From assembly GCA_963664875.1 (NCBI GenBank), contig OY761611.1:3520001-3584000 (forward strand): a stretch of DNA of 64,000 bases, given 5' to 3'. The notes beneath the pieces were generated by a model that worked only from the letters and a program-made list of their open reading frames with translations, did not search any database and was not told where the DNA came from. This document shows, piece after piece, positions 27,116-37,365 of the stretch. Each line of letters opens with the position of its first letter. The stretch's first letter is position 1. The DNA is from Candidatus Kapaibacterium sp. (GTDB lineage: Bacteria; Bacteroidota; Ignavibacteria; Kapaibacteriales; UBA2268). The position numbers were made by a program, and so were the translations under genes.

Positions 27116-27709
27116 ATGTCTTTATTAAAGAAAATCACAAAATTACTTTTTGCGATGATGATAATCTCTCCGGTATATGTTTTTTGTGCTGATCCTGACG
27201 TCGGTCCGGGACCCGGATTGCCACCGGAACCAACTAATGAAGCTACTGTAAATGTAGAAGTTCTTAGACAATTGACTTGTGTTATTAAACCACCTGTAAA
27301 CTCAGCTTCCAATGCAACGGATTTGATAATAGTTTCAGGAACAAGTCGGAATGACACCGAATTTCCGAATGGAAGGATTCATCCTACATATCGTTTGGAA
27401 ATAACAGGAGCTTTTGAACAAGCCATAACTATAAACTTTCATGCAGATTCAGAACCTGAAGGACTCATGTCTTATAGTGATGGAACTGGTCAGGTAAAAG
27501 CAATTGTAAAGTGGCATGAAGGGTTTGAAGGTGATGATCATATATACGTTTCTCCTTGGTCAGCTAATTTATTTGACCCAATGTATGATAGCCCTGCAGG
27601 TGAGTATGCGGCATTTATGGTAATTAAAAAGGTTGAAGCTGTCGAAGGAACACCTCCGGGTGATTATACAATTCCAGTAACAGTAAGCGTATATTATACC
27701 GGTTTTTGA
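27116..27709 (+). CDS. Putative minor pilin subunit (paralog of 26524-27033)
   Basis: Signal peptide; NEATVNVEVL; C-terminal PGDYTIPVTVSVYYTGF, with the same SVYYTGF tail as pilin 1; AGGAG RBS. Confidence 0.68.
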   Translation: MSLLKKITKLLFAMMIISPVYVFCADPDVGPGPGLPPEPTNEATVNVEVLRQLTCVIKPPVNSASNATDLIIVSGTSRNDTEFPNGRIHPTYRLEITGAFEQAITINFHADSEPEGLMSYSDGTGQVKAIVKWHEGFEGDDHIYVSPWSANLFDPMYDSPAGEYAAFMVIKKVEAVEGTPPGDYTIPVTVSVYYTGF

Positions 27710-27789
27710 GAGAAAAGAATAATATATAATCCCTGGGCTTATTTTAGAAAGTAAGACAGGGATTATTCAAAAAAAGAGGGACGCAAAAA

Positions 27790-28248
27790 GTGAAATACTT
27801 GTTGAGCATTCTAATGATTGTACTAATCCAATTAGTAGCAGAAGCGCAAGTAAATGTGAATACCTTTTGCAATAACAATCAGCCGGTTCCTCTGCAAATT
27901 ACTGTCTCAAACGACATTGATTTGGGTGCAGTAGTAGCAGGCTCGACTCAGACTTATGAGTCGCCGTTCAATGAAAGTATATTTACGATTTCGGGTGACC
28001 AGTTTCGGTGGATATGTACCGACATAGAGCCTGAGACACAGAAATCCGGAATTGTATTAGATCTTGATTTCAGATTCAGCCATACAGGAAGCTGTCTATG
28101 GTTATGTTATTTCAACGGACTTCACATTTTACTTACAGGTAATATCTTTGTGAAAATGAATGTCCAATCAGTGCAGGTGTCACCGAGCACTCCGGCAGGA
28201 GAGTACACCTTTACTCAAGTCATTCAGGTAGAATACTGCACATTTTAG
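27790..28248 (+). CDS. Putative minor pilin subunit
   Basis: Signal peptide; DIDLGAVVAG; C-terminal PAGEYTFTQVIQVEY, typical of DUF4402/Csu-like pilins. Confidence 0.65.
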   Translation: MKYLLSILMIVLIQLVAEAQVNVNTFCNNNQPVPLQITVSNDIDLGAVVAGSTQTYESPFNESIFTISGDQFRWICTDIEPETQKSGIVLDLDFRFSHTGSCLWLCYFNGLHILLTGNIFVKMNVQSVQVSPSTPAGEYTFTQVIQVEYCTF

Positions 28249-28352
28249 CTGACCAAAAATCGAGCAAAAGCTGAAATAGTAATCTTCAAAATTTTCGCTT
28301 AAATATTTTAGAAATTTGATGTTTTGAAAGAAAAATAGAGGTAGCAAATAAA

Positions 28353-29201
28353 ATGAAAAAGCAAATAGTACTAATCCTATCCATTCTGATTCTGTCGATG
28401 TCACTCCATGCGCAGGTAGCTGTGATGCCTCCCGCAGTTTTTATCGATAAATATACTCGCTCTGCAGAAATGTTTGTAGCCAATACCGGAAAGGAGACCC
28501 AGGAAGTTATGGTAGAACTCGAATACGGCTACCCGGCTCCTGACTCCCTCGGCAATATCGCTATGCAATATGGCGACAGCCTTTCTGATAAAAAATACTC
28601 GCTCGCTGAAAAACTCGCTATTTTTCCGAAAAAGTTCGAATTAAAACCGGGAGAAAGACAGACAGTTCGCTTTTTGCTTCGAGGTTCCGGCAACATGGAA
28701 GATGGTTTTTACTGGTCGCGCGTAAGAACCACCGGCATGAAAGCCGCAGCCCAAATCGACTCCGCTAACGCAGAAGGCGATGTCAAAGTCGGTATCAATC
28801 TCGCATTTTCAATGGTTACATTCATTGGATATAAAAAGGGTGAAACCAACACAGAATTAGATCTGGTGTATCTCGCAGTAGGCACCGATAGTGCTAATAC
28901 GAACCTTATGCTCAGTTACCACAGAAAAGGTAACTCCCCGCTATTGAGCAAAACTAAGGTTGAAATCTACGACGCAAATGGCGATTTGGTTGCCGCAAAA
29001 GAAGAGCCAAGGCCTTACTATTTCGACGGCAAAATGAAATTTACTTTCCCAAAATCGGATTTGCCTGCAGGTAATTACAAAGCTAAATTTTCCTTCAATA
29101 ATGATTTGGAAGATATACCCAAAGAACATCGCGCCACATTCCAGCCGTTTGATAAGACCTTTGATATCAATGTCAAAGAGAAATCACTCGTAAGCCAATA
29201 A
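28353..29201 (+). CDS. Putative periplasmic pilus chaperone (PapD-like)
   Basis: Signal peptide; VMPPAVFI...AEMFVANTG; IFPKKFELKPGERQTVRF is the chaperone N-domain signature. Confidence 0.78.
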   Translation: MKKQIVLILSILILSMSLHAQVAVMPPAVFIDKYTRSAEMFVANTGKETQEVMVELEYGYPAPDSLGNIAMQYGDSLSDKKYSLAEKLAIFPKKFELKPGERQTVRFLLRGSGNMEDGFYWSRVRTTGMKAAAQIDSANAEGDVKVGINLAFSMVTFIGYKKGETNTELDLVYLAVGTDSANTNLMLSYHRKGNSPLLSKTKVEIYDANGDLVAAKEEPRPYYFDGKMKFTFPKSDLPAGNYKAKFSFNNDLEDIPKEHRATFQPFDKTFDINVKEKSLVSQ

Positions 29202-29294
29202 AATCTAAGCGGTCTAAAATTGTATAATTTATAATTTTTGATTGTCGGATTTGAAAAAAAGCTAACTGCTGTTATGATTATAATGTAAGCAAAG

Positions 29295-31994
29295 ATGTCT
29301 CAGATAGGGATTGCTATATCATATATTCAAGGAAAAGTACTCTTGCCTGCTACTCGCTCTATAAAAATTGCACTAATGTGCTTTTTGCTATCTCTGATGC
29401 CTTCGGTGGTTTTTAGCTCGGAAGCTGTCGAAGGTGTCTTTTCTTTCAAATACGTCAACTTCGAACGAGATTTGATTGTATTTATCGATGAAGAATCTGT
29501 TTACTTTCCGATGTTCGAAGTTTTCGATTTCCTACGAATTTACAAAGAGTACAATCAGGACACAAAAACACTCACAGGATATGTCAGCACCAAAGATAAA
29601 AGCTATTCTATGGATTTCAATAGCCTCGAATTTGAAAATATCAAAAGTGAAGCATATACCATCTCAAAAGACAGCCTAATCCTTACAGAACTCGATATGT
29701 ATATCTCATCCGCAGAACTCGCTAAAATGCTCGGAGCAGAGATATATGTAAGCAAACTTGGTCTGGTCGGGCTATTGAAATCCGAATATGATATGCCGCT
29801 ATTGGAAGAATACAACCTACGATACAACAAACTCAAACTCAGAGAGATGCAGGGCGAAGAAACTTTCGCACCGCTAATGTTTGGCAGAGAGTGGAAAGTA
29901 CTCGACGGGGGAGTGCTAAATTATGGAATCAATACCAATACTAATAGGCAATCTACTGCAATAGGGCTAAACACAAACCTTGGGATGCAGCTGATGGGCG
30001 GCGAATTTACAGTCAATAGCTACTATAACTACAACACTTTCAGCAAAGCCGAATACCAAAATCTTCGCTACAACTGGCAGTTCCCTTTCAATAAAAACAA
30101 ATACCTAAATTCTCTACGTGTAGGTAATGTGTCCGGTAACTCTCTTAACTTCGGTTCGTCCGGTTCCAGTATTCGCAATAAATACTCCAATCTGCAGGGG
30201 GTTTCAATCTCAAACAGAGATATGGAAAATCGCAAAGTTTTTGATGATTTTTTGTTTGAAGACATCACCGAGCCATATAGCTTAATAGAAGTATATGTAA
30301 ATGACAGACTTATCAAACAGTTTCGCTGCGACGAAAACGGGCGATATAGTTTTGCATTGCCACTAAGCTACGGAGCCTCCGAAGTAGAAACTAAAATTTA
30401 CAGTCCATCAGGACAAAGAGACTACAAAAAAGAAACAATAAACATTCCGGGTATGATGCTCCAGCCGGGTGAAGTCAGATACACAGTTACCGGTGGCAGA
30501 GACATCAACTACGAGCAGTACGTGCTTGACGGCATAGTAGAAACAGGGGTTACAGATTGGCTGAGCAGCTCTATCAGTAATGTTTACAACATAGACCAAA
30601 AAGATAATGTACTTGTAAATAACAACACTATCCGCCTAATCGGAGGGGCTTATGCCAGCGTAGCATACTCGCATGACAATTTTTATCGTGGTATGTTGGC
30701 TTATGCAAACTCAGAAATTGGCCATTACGAACTTTCGTATATGAAATACAACACCGGCTCAGGTTTTGATAACTATTCGAGGCAGGCAGAGTACCAGCTC
30801 AACGTCAATCTCCCAAGGATACCCTACATACCTTTTAGTCTCCGCCTGAGAGCCGATGTGGATCAGTACAAAGACCGCCTAATGGGCAACTATTCCGTAA
30901 ATTCATACGGAAATATCGGTCCTTTTCGTCTCAATAGCTCTTACAGACTTTCGCAAACAATCAACGATAATTTGCCGAATCTATATAAGCAGGATTTGAA
31001 CACCGGTATATCCTACTATCTCCAACTACCATTTCTAAAGGACTCCAAGGCTCTCGGCAGGACAAGTATATCTGCCAACGTAAGCTATGACATTAGCAAC
31101 AATCAGTTTACCAACCTAAACGCTTCCATGTCACAAAGTTTATTCAAGATACTATCCCTAAGTGCAAATTACAGAAATAGCCTTGTCAGTAATTATTCCA
31201 GCTTTAATATCAATCTAAGTCTGAATATGGATTTTGCAAGATTCAGCAGCCGGGCAGAGCTAAATGAATCCTCTAAAAGCATAAATAACAGTTTGGATGG
31301 TGCATTAGGCTTTGACACAGACAGATTTAACGTTTTCCCGAGCAAACGCCTAAGCTATAGCGGCAATTCGGGAGTGGCAACCATCAAATGTTTCATAGAC
31401 AGCAATGGCAATCTTAGCTACGACGAAGACGAAGAAGTGCTGACGGGCGTGCCTATCAGAGTGCCCCGTGCATCAGTATTGGGAGACAAAGACGCAGAAT
31501 ACAAAACTATATCCAATTTGCGTCCCGGCTATCAATATAATGTGATAATCAGCAAAGAAGGCATGAAAAACCCGCTGCTCAGACCGCTTTGGGAGGATTT
31601 CTCATTTATCGCTGATCCAAATACTTTCAAATCTATAGACATACCTTTTACTGTTACAGGTCTGATCGAAGGGCAGGTATTTACTCAGGATTCTTCCGGC
31701 AACCGAAACGGAAAATCAGGCTTAAAAATACATCTGATTCGAAAAGAAACAGGAGAAGACATATCTATTAACGTCTTTTCGGACGGCAGTTTTTACCATC
31801 TTGGTCTTTTCCCCGGATATTATGATGTTTTTGTGGACAAGGCTCAGCTCGGACTTCTCAAATTAAAAACAGAGCCACCGGCACAGGAACTCTACATAGG
31901 ATTCTCCGAAGATGGCGACATGAAATCCGGAATAGATTTCAAACTCATCCCTATAAATCAATCCGACGGCGTGGAATCGCCCAGCGCAGAGTAG
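29295..31994 (+). CDS. Putative outer-membrane usher-like protein
   Basis: 899 aa; amphipathic beta-strand-rich core; plug-like IEVYVNDRL...GRYSF.LPLSYGASEV...IYSPSG; C-terminal FIDSNGN and carboxypeptidase-regulatory-like domain; follows the chaperone. Confidence 0.72.
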   Translation: MSQIGIAISYIQGKVLLPATRSIKIALMCFLLSLMPSVVFSSEAVEGVFSFKYVNFERDLIVFIDEESVYFPMFEVFDFLRIYKEYNQDTKTLTGYVSTKDKSYSMDFNSLEFENIKSEAYTISKDSLILTELDMYISSAELAKMLGAEIYVSKLGLVGLLKSEYDMPLLEEYNLRYNKLKLREMQGEETFAPLMFGREWKVLDGGVLNYGINTNTNRQSTAIGLNTNLGMQLMGGEFTVNSYYNYNTFSKAEYQNLRYNWQFPFNKNKYLNSLRVGNVSGNSLNFGSSGSSIRNKYSNLQGVSISNRDMENRKVFDDFLFEDITEPYSLIEVYVNDRLIKQFRCDENGRYSFALPLSYGASEVETKIYSPSGQRDYKKETINIPGMMLQPGEVRYTVTGGRDINYEQYVLDGIVETGVTDWLSSSISNVYNIDQKDNVLVNNNTIRLIGGAYASVAYSHDNFYRGMLAYANSEIGHYELSYMKYNTGSGFDNYSRQAEYQLNVNLPRIPYIPFSLRLRADVDQYKDRLMGNYSVNSYGNIGPFRLNSSYRLSQTINDNLPNLYKQDLNTGISYYLQLPFLKDSKALGRTSISANVSYDISNNQFTNLNASMSQSLFKILSLSANYRNSLVSNYSSFNINLSLNMDFARFSSRAELNESSKSINNSLDGALGFDTDRFNVFPSKRLSYSGNSGVATIKCFIDSNGNLSYDEDEEVLTGVPIRVPRASVLGDKDAEYKTISNLRPGYQYNVIISKEGMKNPLLRPLWEDFSFIADPNTFKSIDIPFTVTGLIEGQVFTQDSSGNRNGKSGLKIHLIRKETGEDISINVFSDGSFYHLGLFPGYYDVFVDKAQLGLLKLKTEPPAQELYIGFSEDGDMKSGIDFKLIPINQSDGVESPSAE

Positions 31995-32169
31995 ATTAAT
32001 GGCTGAGGAATTTTTGTTTCTGCATAAAACTATAGATTATTGATACCGTTTTTTTTATATTTGATTATAGCATTTGCCGACTTTGACAGCAAGTGTGATT
32101 ATATTTGCCCTAAAAAGGCTGATAGTCGGATAGTAATAACAGATGTCTCAAATAAAGAAGAAAAACTTT

Positions 32170-32514
32170 ATGCAGGTGCAGATATTCGGTACAAAAAAAT
32201 GTAAAGATTCCGCTAAAGCGGAACGCTTTTTCAAAGAAAGAAACATTCAGGTGCATTTTGTAGATCTTGCACAAAAAGCTATGAGCAAAGGCGAGCTAAA
32301 TAATGTCGCTCGATTTGTACCATTAGAAGAATTGATAGATAGAGAAGGCAAACAATTCAAAAAACGCAATCTTGACTATATGGTTTATGAACTCGAAACG
32401 GAATTACTCGAAGATCCTTTGCTTTTGAAAACCCCGATAGTTAGATTCAATGGCAAAGCTACCGTAGGCAATGAACCCGAAATCTGGAAAAAATGGATTG
32501 AAGAGTCGAAATAA
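32170..32514 (+). CDS. ArsC/Spx-family (YffB-like) protein
   Basis: QIFGTKKCKDSAKAERFF...LLKTPIV; alternative start at 32143. Confidence 0.85.
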   Translation: MQVQIFGTKKCKDSAKAERFFKERNIQVHFVDLAQKAMSKGELNNVARFVPLEELIDREGKQFKKRNLDYMVYELETELLEDPLLLKTPIVRFNGKATVGNEPEIWKKWIEESK

Positions 32515-34384
32515 ACATATAATACCTATTCGTTGGTTCGTTTTGGGCAATACAATGCTTGGGCTGTTTGTATTGCTTTTTTCGTATATAGAAATCACTC
32601 AGACTCGCGACGATTTGAAACAAACTGCAGTAGGAGAGGGCAAATCGCTTCTTTACACTATCTCCAATAGTGTCAATCTGGCAATGAAAGCGGCTAACCA
32701 GAGCGAAGACAATCTGCATTACCGGCTAAATGCAATGAAAGAGCTGATACTCCTCACTAATTCCACATATTTAGCTCAGGCTGACGAATTTGGGATTGAC
32801 AGCGTTTTTATTGCAGATGCAGAGGAGCATTTGCCTGAATCAACCTGGATAACAGACGAGTTCGATGAGGAAATGCAATGGCACTTGTTTCGCTCCGGTG
32901 ACAGGGTAGTGCATCTTGGGCTTTGCCGTGCAAAACTCTTAGAATACAGGCGAAACGTTGGTATAGGAAAGATAATGAGAGATTTATCTGCCAATAAAGA
33001 TATAGTTTACTGCGTTCTCCAAGATACTATCGGTATAGTTGCCGCCTCGGAAAATATATTGGAACTTAGCAGAATAAATCATGATGAAATGCTACGAGCT
33101 ACTTGGTTAGACTCCAATTTCAGACACAGAGAGTTTTCTTTTGACGGCACAGAAGTCATAGAATCATTTACTACAATCAGCACTGTCCAAGGCAAATTTT
33201 TACTTCGCTTAGCACTCAGTACCGAAAAATCAATGAATATCTACAGCCGAGCTGTCAACCGCACAGTTCTAATTGCTGTTGGTCTGTTTATTTCCGGCTT
33301 TATTATGATAAATTTCATAATCAGCAGAAGAAAGATACTCAGCTTGGAGGAGCAGCACGACAATCTTCAGAACCACCTAGATTTGATTATGAGTAACATC
33401 ACTGATGCAGTAATCGTGCTGAACAGCGATTTTACCTTTCGCTTTTTTAACAATGCAGCTAAGGAGCTTTTAGCAATAGAAAATAAAAACTGCGTTGGTG
33501 AAAAGTACTCCTCAGTGTTTCCAGATGATATATTCCAAATAAAAAGCGTAGAGTACCCGGGCGGAAAAAGCAGACTAAATGAGATTACATTAAAATTGGG
33601 CAATCAGGAAAAGCATATAGTCTATAGCGTTTCTTTACTCTCTTACCGCAATGAAAATCAAAATATAATAATCATAATCAAAGATATGACAGACATTCGT
33701 GCCTTGAGGGAGAGATTGAGACAGCAGGATAAAATGACTGCAATCGGCCAGCTTGCTGCAGGAGTTGCTCATGAAATACGCAATCCGCTGAGTGCTGTAA
33801 ATATAATAGCTCAGAGATTTGAGCTGGAATTTATTCCTGAAAATGACAAAGAGGAATATATGCAGCTTACCGGCACTGTTCGCAATGAAATTGGCAGAGT
33901 AAATGAAATAATAAAACAGTTTCTCGAATTTGCTAAGCCTACCGCTATTCACAGAAGTAAACGTAACATTTCGGATCTGATGAATAATATTGTCAATTTA
34001 ATCAAACCGCTCTGCGACAAAGGTTCCATAGAAATAGAGACTAAACTAAACAGCATAGAAGCAGAAATTGATTCGGACAAAATGACCCAAGCTATATTGA
34101 ACCTCTGCAATAATGCAATAGAAGCTATGCCCGATGGAGGCAGACTTACGCTCTCGTCATCTGTGCAAAATAATTCTGCAATAATACAAATCGAAGATAC
34201 CGGAATAGGGATACCCGAAGAACATAAAAATAAGATATTCAACTTATACTTTTCTACTAAACAGCATGGCACAGGTCTTGGTCTGAGCATTGTTTATCAA
34301 ATTGTCTCGGAGCACGGAGGCGATATAAAAGTAGAATCCGCACCTCACTCAGGTACAAAGTTTATAATAAATCTGCCTATGTAA
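32471..34384 (+). CDS. Membrane sensor histidine kinase with PAS domain (ZraS/AtoS-like)
   Basis: Two TM segments; H-box AAGVAHEIRNPL; N-box NLCNNAIEA; DTGIGI; GTGLGL. Start uncertain; no adjacent response regulator. Confidence 0.9.
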   Translation: MNPKSGKNGLKSRNKHIIPIRWFVLGNTMLGLFVLLFSYIEITQTRDDLKQTAVGEGKSLLYTISNSVNLAMKAANQSEDNLHYRLNAMKELILLTNSTYLAQADEFGIDSVFIADAEEHLPESTWITDEFDEEMQWHLFRSGDRVVHLGLCRAKLLEYRRNVGIGKIMRDLSANKDIVYCVLQDTIGIVAASENILELSRINHDEMLRATWLDSNFRHREFSFDGTEVIESFTTISTVQGKFLLRLALSTEKSMNIYSRAVNRTVLIAVGLFISGFIMINFIISRRKILSLEEQHDNLQNHLDLIMSNITDAVIVLNSDFTFRFFNNAAKELLAIENKNCVGEKYSSVFPDDIFQIKSVEYPGGKSRLNEITLKLGNQEKHIVYSVSLLSYRNENQNIIIIIKDMTDIRALRERLRQQDKMTAIGQLAAGVAHEIRNPLSAVNIIAQRFELEFIPENDKEEYMQLTGTVRNEIGRVNEIIKQFLEFAKPTAIHRSKRNISDLMNNIVNLIKPLCDKGSIEIETKLNSIEAEIDSDKMTQAILNLCNNAIEAMPDGGRLTLSSSVQNNSAIIQIEDTGIGIPEEHKNKIFNLYFSTKQHGTGLGLSIVYQIVSEHGGDIKVESAPHSGTKFIINLPM

Positions 34385-34393
34385 AAAATACTT

Positions 34394-34420
34394 TGAACCT
34401 ACCGGCAAATGCAATGTATA
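34394..34420 (+). promoter_or_regulatory. Possible ECF-sigma promoter for the 34457-36797 operon
   Basis: TGAACC (34394-34399) ... TGTATA (34415-34420) upstream of an operon that contains an ECF sigma factor. Confidence 0.35.
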
Positions 34421-34456
34421 AATAAGCAAGATTAGATACATTGTTTTTCGCAGAAT

Positions 34457-35626
34457 ATGATATCCAAAAAAATATACATAGTTGCTTTATTGCTTTTTCT
34501 CGGCTCAGTGAGTTTATACTCTCAAAAAGCGGAAAAGGTTTATCCGCTTTCCAAAAAGATTCACAGCGTAGAGTGGTTCAAAAAGCAATCAAATTTGTGG
34601 CAACGCAAACTCAATTCTTCACCTGAAGATGCAGAGGCATGGGAAAATTACTACATGGCTGAAAGAATGATACGCCTTATTCAAGATGGCGAAATCAAAC
34701 TCAAAGCTGCTAATTACGACATTTTGAATAACATAGTAGATAGAGCAAGAAAGTACATCGACGGTACTTATCAATTCTACTATATCAGTTATCTGAATGC
34801 AGGTACCAATTTTATAGACAAAAATTTATTAGATAAAGCATACAGACTAAACCCTGAGAAAACTGAAATACTTGAGGGCTATATATGCTACTACGAATTT
34901 GTACGCGATACAGGCCAGGTAGCTATTTATGCAAGGAAATGGTATGACTCTCAGGATATTTCGCCTGGCATACTTGCCTATAACTACAATTTGCTAATGT
35001 CTCTTGATTCTAATGCCATACTTTTTACGTCAGGAGATAACGATACTTATCCTATATGGCTACTGCAGTATGCAAAAAATTTCAGAAGAGACGTAACTGT
35101 AATAAATATTTCTCTTGCTTCTAAGACTTCTTATATTGCTGAGATTACTAAAGAACGAAAGATAAGCGCTTACAAAAAAGGTCCTTACAACTTTAATAAT
35201 TATAATGACTATGTAGCAGACCTAATTAGCCACTTTGCGAAATCGGCACGGAAGCAGCCTGTTTACGTTTCTGCTACTTTGCCTAAAGCAATTTTGAAAA
35301 GTTTTTATACTAAGTTGTATATCGAAGGTTTGGCTTTCAGAGTCAGCGAAAAAAAATATAACAACTACGCTGTACTCAGAAAAAATTACGAAAACAGATT
35401 TATTACTGATTATCTGAAAGTTGGAATGCAAAACGACCCGAGTCAGTCTGTTCTCGATAAGCTAAACTATAATTATATTTTCCCTTTGATCAAGCTATAC
35501 GAACTGTACGGAAAAAGTAATTCGAAAATTCAGGCAGCAAACCTGAAAGATATTATTTTGAATATCGCAGGAAGAAGCGGATTCAAAAACGAAATTGCAT
35601 CAATTATTGAAACTCTCGATAACTAA
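34457..35626 (+). CDS. Secreted hypothetical protein with a DUF2723-C-terminal-like motif
   Basis: Signal peptide; YNYNLLMSLDSNAILFTSGDNDTYPIWLLQ...RRDVTVIN. Confidence 0.65.
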   Translation: MISKKIYIVALLLFLGSVSLYSQKAEKVYPLSKKIHSVEWFKKQSNLWQRKLNSSPEDAEAWENYYMAERMIRLIQDGEIKLKAANYDILNNIVDRARKYIDGTYQFYYISYLNAGTNFIDKNLLDKAYRLNPEKTEILEGYICYYEFVRDTGQVAIYARKWYDSQDISPGILAYNYNLLMSLDSNAILFTSGDNDTYPIWLLQYAKNFRRDVTVINISLASKTSYIAEITKERKISAYKKGPYNFNNYNDYVADLISHFAKSARKQPVYVSATLPKAILKSFYTKLYIEGLAFRVSEKKYNNYAVLRKNYENRFITDYLKVGMQNDPSQSVLDKLNYNYIFPLIKLYELYGKSNSKIQAANLKDIILNIAGRSGFKNEIASIIETLDN

Positions 35627-35649
35627 GGCTTGGAAATAAATATACTTTT

Positions 35650-36237
35650 ATGTTGCTTGGAAGAAAAAAATATAAAGAACTCAGTGACGAAGTGCTGATG
35701 ACTTATGTCCAAAAAGGTGAAAAGCAAGCCTTTGATGAGATATACAACAGATACAGCAGCAAATTGCTGTACTACCTTTATCGTATGCTCAATAGAGACG
35801 AAGAAAAAGCACAGGACATACTGCATGATTTATTTATAAAAGTGGTAGATCGACCTGAGCTGTTCGACACAAGCAAGAAATTTTCAACTTGGATATATAC
35901 TATCGCAACCAATCTATGCAAAAACGAATACAGAAGCCAAAATGTCAGAAGCATAGTAACAAAAGTTGATGACCCGGAAGTATTTGGCGGAGAATCCGAA
36001 AGATCTTCTTCATCTGTGGATTATGCCATTTTTATGCAAAGATTGGAAGAGGAACTAAGCACCCTGAGCGAACAGCATAGGGAAGTGTTTATGCTCCGTT
36101 TTCAGGGGGATATGTCCCTGAAAGAAATTAGTGATGTGATAGGTTGCCCGGAAGGCACTGTCAAATCAAGACTGTTTTATACCTTGAAAAAACTATCGAC
36201 AAATATGTCAGAATTTAAAGAGCTTTTAAAAAATTAG
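35650..36237 (+). CDS. ECF RNA polymerase sigma factor
   Basis: AQDILHDLFIK...FSTWIYTIATN; LSEQHREVFMLR...SLKEISDVIGCPEGTVKSRL. Confidence 0.93.
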   Translation: MLLGRKKYKELSDEVLMTYVQKGEKQAFDEIYNRYSSKLLYYLYRMLNRDEEKAQDILHDLFIKVVDRPELFDTSKKFSTWIYTIATNLCKNEYRSQNVRSIVTKVDDPEVFGGESERSSSSVDYAIFMQRLEEELSTLSEQHREVFMLRFQGDMSLKEISDVIGCPEGTVKSRLFYTLKKLSTNMSEFKELLKN

Positions 36238-36248
36238 CAGGTGATTTA

Positions 36249-36797
36249 ATGTTAGAAAACAACACCCCGGAAATCGTTTTCGATTTAGCAATGCAAGGGC
36301 GATTCAAATCTCTCAGTCCTGAGCAGCAGCAAATGGTAAGTAATTATCTTTCTGAGCAGGAATTTGATAATATCTATTTACTAAGTAGCAATCTGAATAC
36401 AGTTTTTGTAAAAGATGTAGCGGGTATAAAACCAAATCCGCAGATTAGAGCAGAATTGCTTTCTAAATTCCCGGCTAAGCAGTGGAATTTTGATATACTC
36501 AAAAACTTATTCAACTACAAAATACCGGTTTACCGATTTGCACTTGGTGCAGCAGCAGCCTATGTTGCATTGTTCATCATCACACCGATGTTCAAACAGT
36601 CAAACCAGATAGAAATGGCAGGCAACAATCAGACTGTGGCAATCCAAAAGGTAGAATCAGCCAATAAACTAAAATCGATAGACGAGATTTATTTAAATGG
36701 CGGTACAGGAGTTTCTATAGACGAATCTGATATTTTCACAGGTGCTTCTCTTGCCGATGATGCGCTGCTAAAGAAAGTGTTGGAAATAAGAAATTAG
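36249..36797 (+). CDS. Putative anti-sigma factor (single TM)
   Basis: Directly follows the ECF sigma; one hydrophobic segment FALGAAAAYVALFIITP. Confidence 0.65.
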   Translation: MLENNTPEIVFDLAMQGRFKSLSPEQQQMVSNYLSEQEFDNIYLLSSNLNTVFVKDVAGIKPNPQIRAELLSKFPAKQWNFDILKNLFNYKIPVYRFALGAAAAYVALFIITPMFKQSNQIEMAGNNQTVAIQKVESANKLKSIDEIYLNGGTGVSIDESDIFTGASLADDALLKKVLEIRN

Positions 36798-36877
36798 TCG
36801 TCGATAAGAGTTCAATTATTCTCAGACTTTCAGCTTAACCTGCTAAATTAAGCTTAGAAAACGATTACAGATATAAA

Positions 36878-36914
36878 ATGAGACACATCTTTTGTGAGGT
36901 GTGTCTTTTTTTTT
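36878..36914 (+). terminator. Intrinsic terminator after the anti-sigma gene
   Basis: AGACACATC...GAGGTGTGTCT followed by a long T run. Confidence 0.7.
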
Positions 36915-37365
36915 GCGAGAGCTTCAAAATTTTCGATTTTCGGTTATAAGAGGCTTATCCCAAATCCATAATACAAACTTGCGTTTGTGACAAAAAGAAG
37001 CTAACTGTTAGTCTATTTTTTTCTTTATAAATATCATTTAGTCGAAAAAATATATATGATATCATAGTAAATAGTCCGTGTATTGCCTATATATATTGCA
37101 TCTGCACTCCATAATATAGAGATTTGTTTTCAGTAACTCCTTAATTGGATGTGCATCTTATGCTTAAACACTAGATGAGGAGAGGAGACAAAGCGTTCTT
37201 TTTTCTTTTTCTTTGGTTTCCGTTTCTTTTTTATCGCAAAAAAAAGAAAAAGAAATGGAAAAAGTAACACCATTCTCTTATTTATATCACCTGTAAGGAA
37301 AGTCTTGCCGCCCTTACAGGGCTCTGTTTACTCAATACTTGCAACCGTCTCTCATTCTCCCTAAA

